From: Chloroflexota bacterium
GTDB taxonomy: Bacteria > Chloroflexota > Limnocylindria > Limnocylindrales > CSP1-4
DNA length: 39,223 nucleotides
Assembly (NCBI GenBank): GCA_045804485.1
Contig: JBJMNA010000028.1
Location: 1 to 39,223 of the forward strand
Direction: 5' to 3'
Shown: positions 35,014-39,223 of the stretch, piece after piece
Layout of the letters: each line of letters opens with the position of its first letter
How positions within the stretch are numbered: the stretch's first letter is position 1
Notes under the pieces: generated by a model
Database searches by the model: none
The model's input: only the letters and a program-made list of their open reading frames with translations
What the model was told of the DNA's origin: nothing
Made by a program: the position numbers and the translations under genes

Positions 35014-36186
35014 ATGCGTGGCCAGCAGGACACAGAGCCAGCGACCGACGTCGTCGACGCCCTCGACGCGGCGACGCGGGCGATCGCCAGCCTGCAGTCC
35101 GTTGACGATGTGCTGCAGGTCATCGTCGATCAGGTCCGATTGCTTGTTCGGGCGGACTATGCGGCCCTCGGAACGGTCCGTGGACACGGCGTCATCGAGG
35201 CGTTCATCACGTCCGGGATCAGCCGCGAGACGCGAGCCGCGATCGGCCCGCTCCCACGTGGCCACGGGTTCCTCGGTCTGATCATCGAGGAGAACCGATC
35301 GTTCCGGATCCCCGACATCGCGGTCGATCCCCGGCGGCATGGGTTCCCCCCGAATCACCCACCCATGCACAGCTTCCTTGGCGTGCCGATCACCGTGAAG
35401 GGCCGGTCGGTCGGCAATCTGTATCTGACAGACAAGGTCGGCGCCGCCGAGTTTTCGGAGGCGGACCAGCGCCTCGTCGAAACGTTCGCGGTCCACGCCG
35501 GGATCGCCATCGAGAATGCGCACCTGCACGAGCAGGTCCAGCGGCTCGCGATCGTCGACGAGCGTGAGCGCATCAGCAAGGACCTCCACGACGGCATCAT
35601 CCAGAACATCTATGCGGTGGGCCTCTCGCTCGAGGACATCCCCGAGTTCGTGCGCGACGACCCTGACGAGGTCGAACGACGGGTGGAGCGCGCCATCGAC
35701 AGCCTTCACCTCACCATCCGCGACATCCGCAACTTCATCTTCGGGCTGAGGCCCGAGCTGCTAACGGGAACGACTCTGCTGACAGGTCTTGCGGCGATCG
35801 TCGAGGAGTTCCGCCACAACTCGATGATCGACGTCGAGCTCGATGCGGGGGTGATGGACGCCGAACCCGACGCGACCACGACCGCTCATCTGCTCGGCGT
35901 CGTGAACGAGGCTCTGTCCAACATCGCGCGCCACTCGGGCGCAACGCGCGCGATCGTCTCGATCGGCACGGAGTCTGACGGAAGCCTGCGGCTTCGGGTC
36001 GAGGACAACGGGCGAGGATTCGATCCGACGGCGAGCGGAAGCCTCGGTCACCAGGGACTCGCCAACATCCGCTCCCGTGTGGCAACGGTTCGTGCCACCA
36101 TGGAGATCGAGAGCGACGCGACCGGCACCCGGATCGACATCCACCGATCGACCCGCGAGGCACACGAGGAGATCGACACGCGATGA
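35014..36186 (+). CDS. GAF-domain sensor histidine kinase (HisKA_3/NarL-partner type, DevS/DosT-like)
   Basis: GAF domain (DVLQVIVDQVRLLVRADYAALG...FLGVPITVKGRSVGNLYLTDK), H-box ERERISKDLHDGIIQNIY, N-box VNEALSNIARHSGA and G-box DNGRGFD...GHQGLANIRSR. A GTG at 35005 is an alternative start. Confidence 0.88.
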   Translation: MRGQQDTEPATDVVDALDAATRAIASLQSVDDVLQVIVDQVRLLVRADYAALGTVRGHGVIEAFITSGISRETRAAIGPLPRGHGFLGLIIEENRSFRIPDIAVDPRRHGFPPNHPPMHSFLGVPITVKGRSVGNLYLTDKVGAAEFSEADQRLVETFAVHAGIAIENAHLHEQVQRLAIVDERERISKDLHDGIIQNIYAVGLSLEDIPEFVRDDPDEVERRVERAIDSLHLTIRDIRNFIFGLRPELLTGTTLLTGLAAIVEEFRHNSMIDVELDAGVMDAEPDATTTAHLLGVVNEALSNIARHSGATRAIVSIGTESDGSLRLRVEDNGRGFDPTASGSLGHQGLANIRSRVATVRATMEIESDATGTRIDIHRSTREAHEEIDTR

Positions 36187-36851
36187 CCGAAGGGGCAAGC
36201 CGGCCGCTGACGCTGTTGGTGGTCGACGATCACGAGGTCGTCCGCCAGGGCCTCGTCGCAGTGCTTGACCGGCGAGCAGAGTTCCAGGTCGTTGCCGAGG
36301 CCGGCACCGTCGCGGAATCGATCGCGATGGCCAAGCGGTTCCAGCCTGATCTCGTCGTCATGGACGTGCGCTTGCCCGACGGCTCCGGGATCGAAGCCTG
36401 TCGCGAGATCCGAGCCGAGTTCCCTGCGACGCGGGTCGTGATGCTCACCAGCTACCCGGATGAGGAGGCGGTGATCGCCGCCATCGTTGCCGGCGCGAGC
36501 GGCTATCTCCTCAAGCAGGTCCGGGCTCGGGATCTCGTCGCAGCGCTCGAGGCGGTCGGTCGCGGCGAGTCACTGTTGGACCCTGCCGTCACGGGCAAGG
36601 TCCTCGAACGGATGAGGCGGATCGCGACGACGGATGAGCCGGACGAGCTCGGGACGCTGACGCAGCAGGAACGCAAGATCCTTGCGCTCGTGGCGGAGGG
36701 CAAGACGAACAAGGAGATCGCGGCCGAGGTGTTCCTGTCGGACAAGACCGTCAAGAACTACGTGAGTTCGATCCTTGCAAAGCTCAATCTCGAGCGCCGC
36801 GCGCAAGCGGCCGCCTACGTTGCCCGTCTGAAGAGTCACCCGTCCGACTGA
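36183..36851 (+). CDS. NarL/LuxR-family response regulator (DevR/DosR-like)
   Basis: Receiver LLVVDDHEVVRQGL...DLVVMDVRLPDGSGIE...VVMLTS and LuxR HTH LTQQERKILALVAEGKTNKEIAAEVFLSDKTVKNYVSSILAKL. ATGA overlap with the kinase. Confidence 0.92.
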   Translation: MTEGASRPLTLLVVDDHEVVRQGLVAVLDRRAEFQVVAEAGTVAESIAMAKRFQPDLVVMDVRLPDGSGIEACREIRAEFPATRVVMLTSYPDEEAVIAAIVAGASGYLLKQVRARDLVAALEAVGRGESLLDPAVTGKVLERMRRIATTDEPDELGTLTQQERKILALVAEGKTNKEIAAEVFLSDKTVKNYVSSILAKLNLERRAQAAAYVARLKSHPSD

Positions 36852-37067
36852 CCTGCAGGTCGCGCAGATCGGCCGAGGGGCCCATCGGCCCGACGCATGG
36901 GGCCCAATGGCAGGCGGCACCACGCAGGCGAACCTCGTACAACAGCCTCGATAGGGACACTTCGGATGGCGGGCCTCGGGCCGCTGTCGTCTGTCCGCAG
37001 GCGCGAGCATACGAGGCGGAACGTGACTGACATCGACGCACCGACGACCGCGGGTCGATCAGAACGG

Positions 37068-38264
37068 ATGACCCGGCGACGGCTTCTGACGCTCGGTGCC
37101 CTGACTGGTGGCGGTCTCGTCGCGACCGCCGTCGCGGCGTGCACGACCCCCGCTTCGACGACTGGCTGGACGCTCGGTCCCGCGCTCGGCGTCGCGCCCT
37201 CGGCACCGGCGGCCACGCCGCCCGCCGCGCCCGCGAGCGTCGCCCCATCCGTCCCGGGATCGCACGACCCGTCTCATGCTCCCGCCGCGTCGTCGGGTCC
37301 GCCCGCCGACCATGACGCTCATGCCAAGGCCGCGGTCGACCGGTTCCTCGGCGGCGAGAGCTCGACTCTCACGGGTCAGGGCAATCAGCCGCTGGCGCCG
37401 ACGATGGACGGCGACACCAAGGTCTTCGACATGACGGTCGATGTCATCAAGCATCAGGTCGACGCACACGCCGACCCGCTCGACGCTCTCGGCTTCAACG
37501 GGACGTGGCCGGGACCGCGGATCGACGTCGTCGAGGGCGACAAGATCCGGGCGATCTTCACCAACCGGATGAAGGAATCGACGGGCATCCATTTCCACGG
37601 GCAGCGCCTCCCGAACGCGATGGACGGTGTTCCGCACGTCACCCAGGCGCCGATCGCGCCGGGCGAGGCGTTCACCTATGAGTTCGTCGCGCGATCGACC
37701 GGTTCGCACATGTACCACTCACACCACAACGCGACGGACCAGGTTGGCCGCGGCCTCCTCGGCGCATTCATCGTCCAGCCGAAGGACCCGGCACAACGCT
37801 ACGCCCAGCTCTACGGCGCGACCCAGGACATCGTCTGGATCAGCAATGACGCACTCGGTGGGTTCACGATCAACGGCCGAGGCTTCCCCGCCACAGCGCC
37901 CATCGTCGCGACCCTCGGCGAGAAGATCGTCATCCGGTTCATGAACGAGGGCAACATGATGCATCCGTGGCACCTGCACGGGGTGCCCATGCGGGTCGTC
38001 GCCCGCGACGGCCATCCGCTTGGGAGTGCTGCGTTCACGTGCGACACGCTGGGCGTCAACCCCGGTGAGCGGTGGGACGTCGTCATCGACTGCGACGAGC
38101 CCGGCGCATGGGCGTTCCACTGCCACATCCTTCAGCACGCCGAAGGTCCGGACGGCATGTACGGCATGGTCACGGCTCTCGTCGTCCAGGACCAGGCGGC
38201 CGCCGCGGCTCTCAAGGAGGCCGGCGCGCCGGCCTTCAGCTGCGTGATCCCGAGTCGCGCCTGA
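37068..38264 (+). CDS. multicopper oxidase, Tat-exported lipoprotein, probably two-domain (small-laccase-like) type
   Basis: Twin-arginine signal MTRRRLLTLGAL with lipobox VAAC, followed by an Ala/Pro/Ser linker. The copper motifs are GIHFHGQ, HMYHSHHN, HPWHLHG and HCHILQHAEGPDGMYGM. A GTG at 37023 is an alternative start. Confidence 0.88.
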   Translation: MTRRRLLTLGALTGGGLVATAVAACTTPASTTGWTLGPALGVAPSAPAATPPAAPASVAPSVPGSHDPSHAPAASSGPPADHDAHAKAAVDRFLGGESSTLTGQGNQPLAPTMDGDTKVFDMTVDVIKHQVDAHADPLDALGFNGTWPGPRIDVVEGDKIRAIFTNRMKESTGIHFHGQRLPNAMDGVPHVTQAPIAPGEAFTYEFVARSTGSHMYHSHHNATDQVGRGLLGAFIVQPKDPAQRYAQLYGATQDIVWISNDALGGFTINGRGFPATAPIVATLGEKIVIRFMNEGNMMHPWHLHGVPMRVVARDGHPLGSAAFTCDTLGVNPGERWDVVIDCDEPGAWAFHCHILQHAEGPDGMYGMVTALVVQDQAAAAALKEAGAPAFSCVIPSRA

Positions 38265-38281
38265 CGGGCTCGAAGGGGGCG

Positions 38282-39223
38282 TTAGATGAGGTGGCGGCGG
38301 CTCGCTTCTCGATGCAGGTCAGCGCGGAAGTCGGGGTGCGCGATCGAGATCAGCGCCGTCGCCCGCTCGCGCAAGCTCTTGCCGAAGAGCTCCGCGACGC
38401 CCCACTCCGTCACGACTGTCCGGACGTGTGCCCGGGTCGTCACGACGCCCGCTCCCTCGCGGAGTGCATGGACGATGCGCGACGCCGTCCCTCCGGCGGC
38501 CGTCGACGGCAGGGCGATGACGGAGCGGCCTTCGGACGCCAGTCCCGCCCCGCGGATGAAGTCCATCTGCCCGCCGACGCCCGAAAACATCCGGTGGCCG
38601 ATGGAATCCGCCACGACCTGCCCGGTCAGGTCGACCTCGATGGCCGAATTGATCGAGACCATGCGGCTGAATGACCGGATGACATGGGTGTCGTTGGTGA
38701 AATCGACGGGGCGCATCTCGACCATCGGGTTGTCGTGGACGAATGCGTAGAGACGTGGCGAGCCCATCAGGAACGAGGTGACGATCTTGCCGCGGTTCCG
38801 CTCCTTGGCAGCACCGGTCACCACGCCCGCCTCGACGAGGTCGACGACGGCATCCGTGAACATCTCCGTGTGGATCCCGAGATCGCGCTTGTCCATGAGG
38901 GCCATCGCCGTGGCCGCCGGGATCGCGCCGATCCCGAGCTGGAGCGTCGCCCTGTCGGGCACGAGGGCCGCGACGTGGGCACCGATCCGCTCCTCGACGT
39001 CGCCGATCACCGGGCTGGCGTGCGGGTACGGCGGGACATCGACCTCGACGCCAAGATCGATGTCGTCAACATGGATGAAACTGTCGCCGAGCGTCCTCGG
39101 CATCGACCGGTTCAGCTGGACGACGACCGTCTTCGCCGCCCGGATGGCCGCGTGCATCGCCTCGACGCTCGTCCCGAGCGAGCAGAACCCGTGCGCGTCG
39201 GGCGGCGTGGCGTTGACGAACAC
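38282..39223 (-). CDS. acetyl-CoA hydrolase/transferase family protein (4-hydroxybutyrate/succinate CoA-transferase-like), N-terminus beyond window
   Basis: The frame is open to the window end. FVNATPPDAHGFCSLGTSVE, LQLGIGAIP, GIHTEMF, INSAIEVDLTGQV and SGVGGQMDF are hallmark segments of this family. Confidence 0.88.
   Translation of the reverse strand: MFVNATPPDAHGFCSLGTSVEAMHAAIRAAKTVVVQLNRSMPRTLGDSFIHVDDIDLGVEVDVPPYPHASPVIGDVEERIGAHVAALVPDRATLQLGIGAIPAATAMALMDKRDLGIHTEMFTDAVVDLVEAGVVTGAAKERNRGKIVTSFLMGSPRLYAFVHDNPMVEMRPVDFTNDTHVIRSFSRMVSINSAIEVDLTGQVVADSIGHRMFSGVGGQMDFIRGAGLASEGRSVIALPSTAAGGTASRIVHALREGAGVVTTRAHVRTVVTEWGVAELFGKSLRERATALISIAHPDFRADLHREASRRHLI

Noticed and set aside
34294-38264. 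Genomic island or prophage integrated at tRNA-Arg
   Set aside because: There is no integrase, recombinase or phage-like gene. I noticed no direct repeat of the tRNA 3' end downstream. The adjacent genes are ordinary stress, two-component and oxidase functions with the same base composition.

Overview
This is a very GC-rich (about 70% by eye) bacterial chromosomal segment, densely coded on both strands. It has actinobacterial-type hallmarks: qcrCAB plus ctaC/ctaD/ctaF respiratory genes, an FGD-family F420-type LLM oxidoreductase, Tat and lipobox lipoproteins, many 4-nt start/stop overlaps and several apparently leaderless starts. I support about 40 genes:

- a YbaK-type tRNA editing protein (5' partial);
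- small membrane proteins;
- a 977-aa HTH-4xGAF-GGDEF diguanylate cyclase;
- a LysM lipoprotein;
- a class I glutamine amidotransferase;
- a polar amino-acid ABC transporter (SBP-permease-ATPase);
- a membrane protein-WYL regulator-SAMHD1-like HD phosphohydrolase operon;
- an M23 peptidase;
- an 1177-aa zinc-ribbon/class III cyclase/STAND-ATPase/TPR protein;
- a dapB-dapA-dapD-lysA lysine operon;
- a fully overlapped qcrC-qcrA-qcrB-ctaC-ctaD-ctaF operon;
- an F420-LLM / GDE-like glycosidase / alditol-oxidase-like trio;
- tRNA-Arg(UCG);
- a USP plus GAF-histidine kinase plus NarL-type regulator module (DosRS-like);
- a Tat multicopper oxidase;
- a partial CoA-transferase.

No CRISPR array, transposase, integrase or rRNA was seen. 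The most unusual signal is in the 257-nt gap upstream of dapB. It contains a promoter-like element, a 26-codon mini-ORF with three consecutive AAG (Lys) codons, and then a strong hairpin followed by a T6 run. This looks like a lysine-sensing leader-peptide attenuator rather than an L-box riboswitch. Other candidates worth a second look are the WYL-HD dNTPase-like operon, the glyco-oxidative gene trio, the ctaE-less respiratory operon and a direct-repeat array near position 1150-1230. Novelty cannot be verified without database searches. All functional calls rest on motif-level recognition of the translated ORFs.
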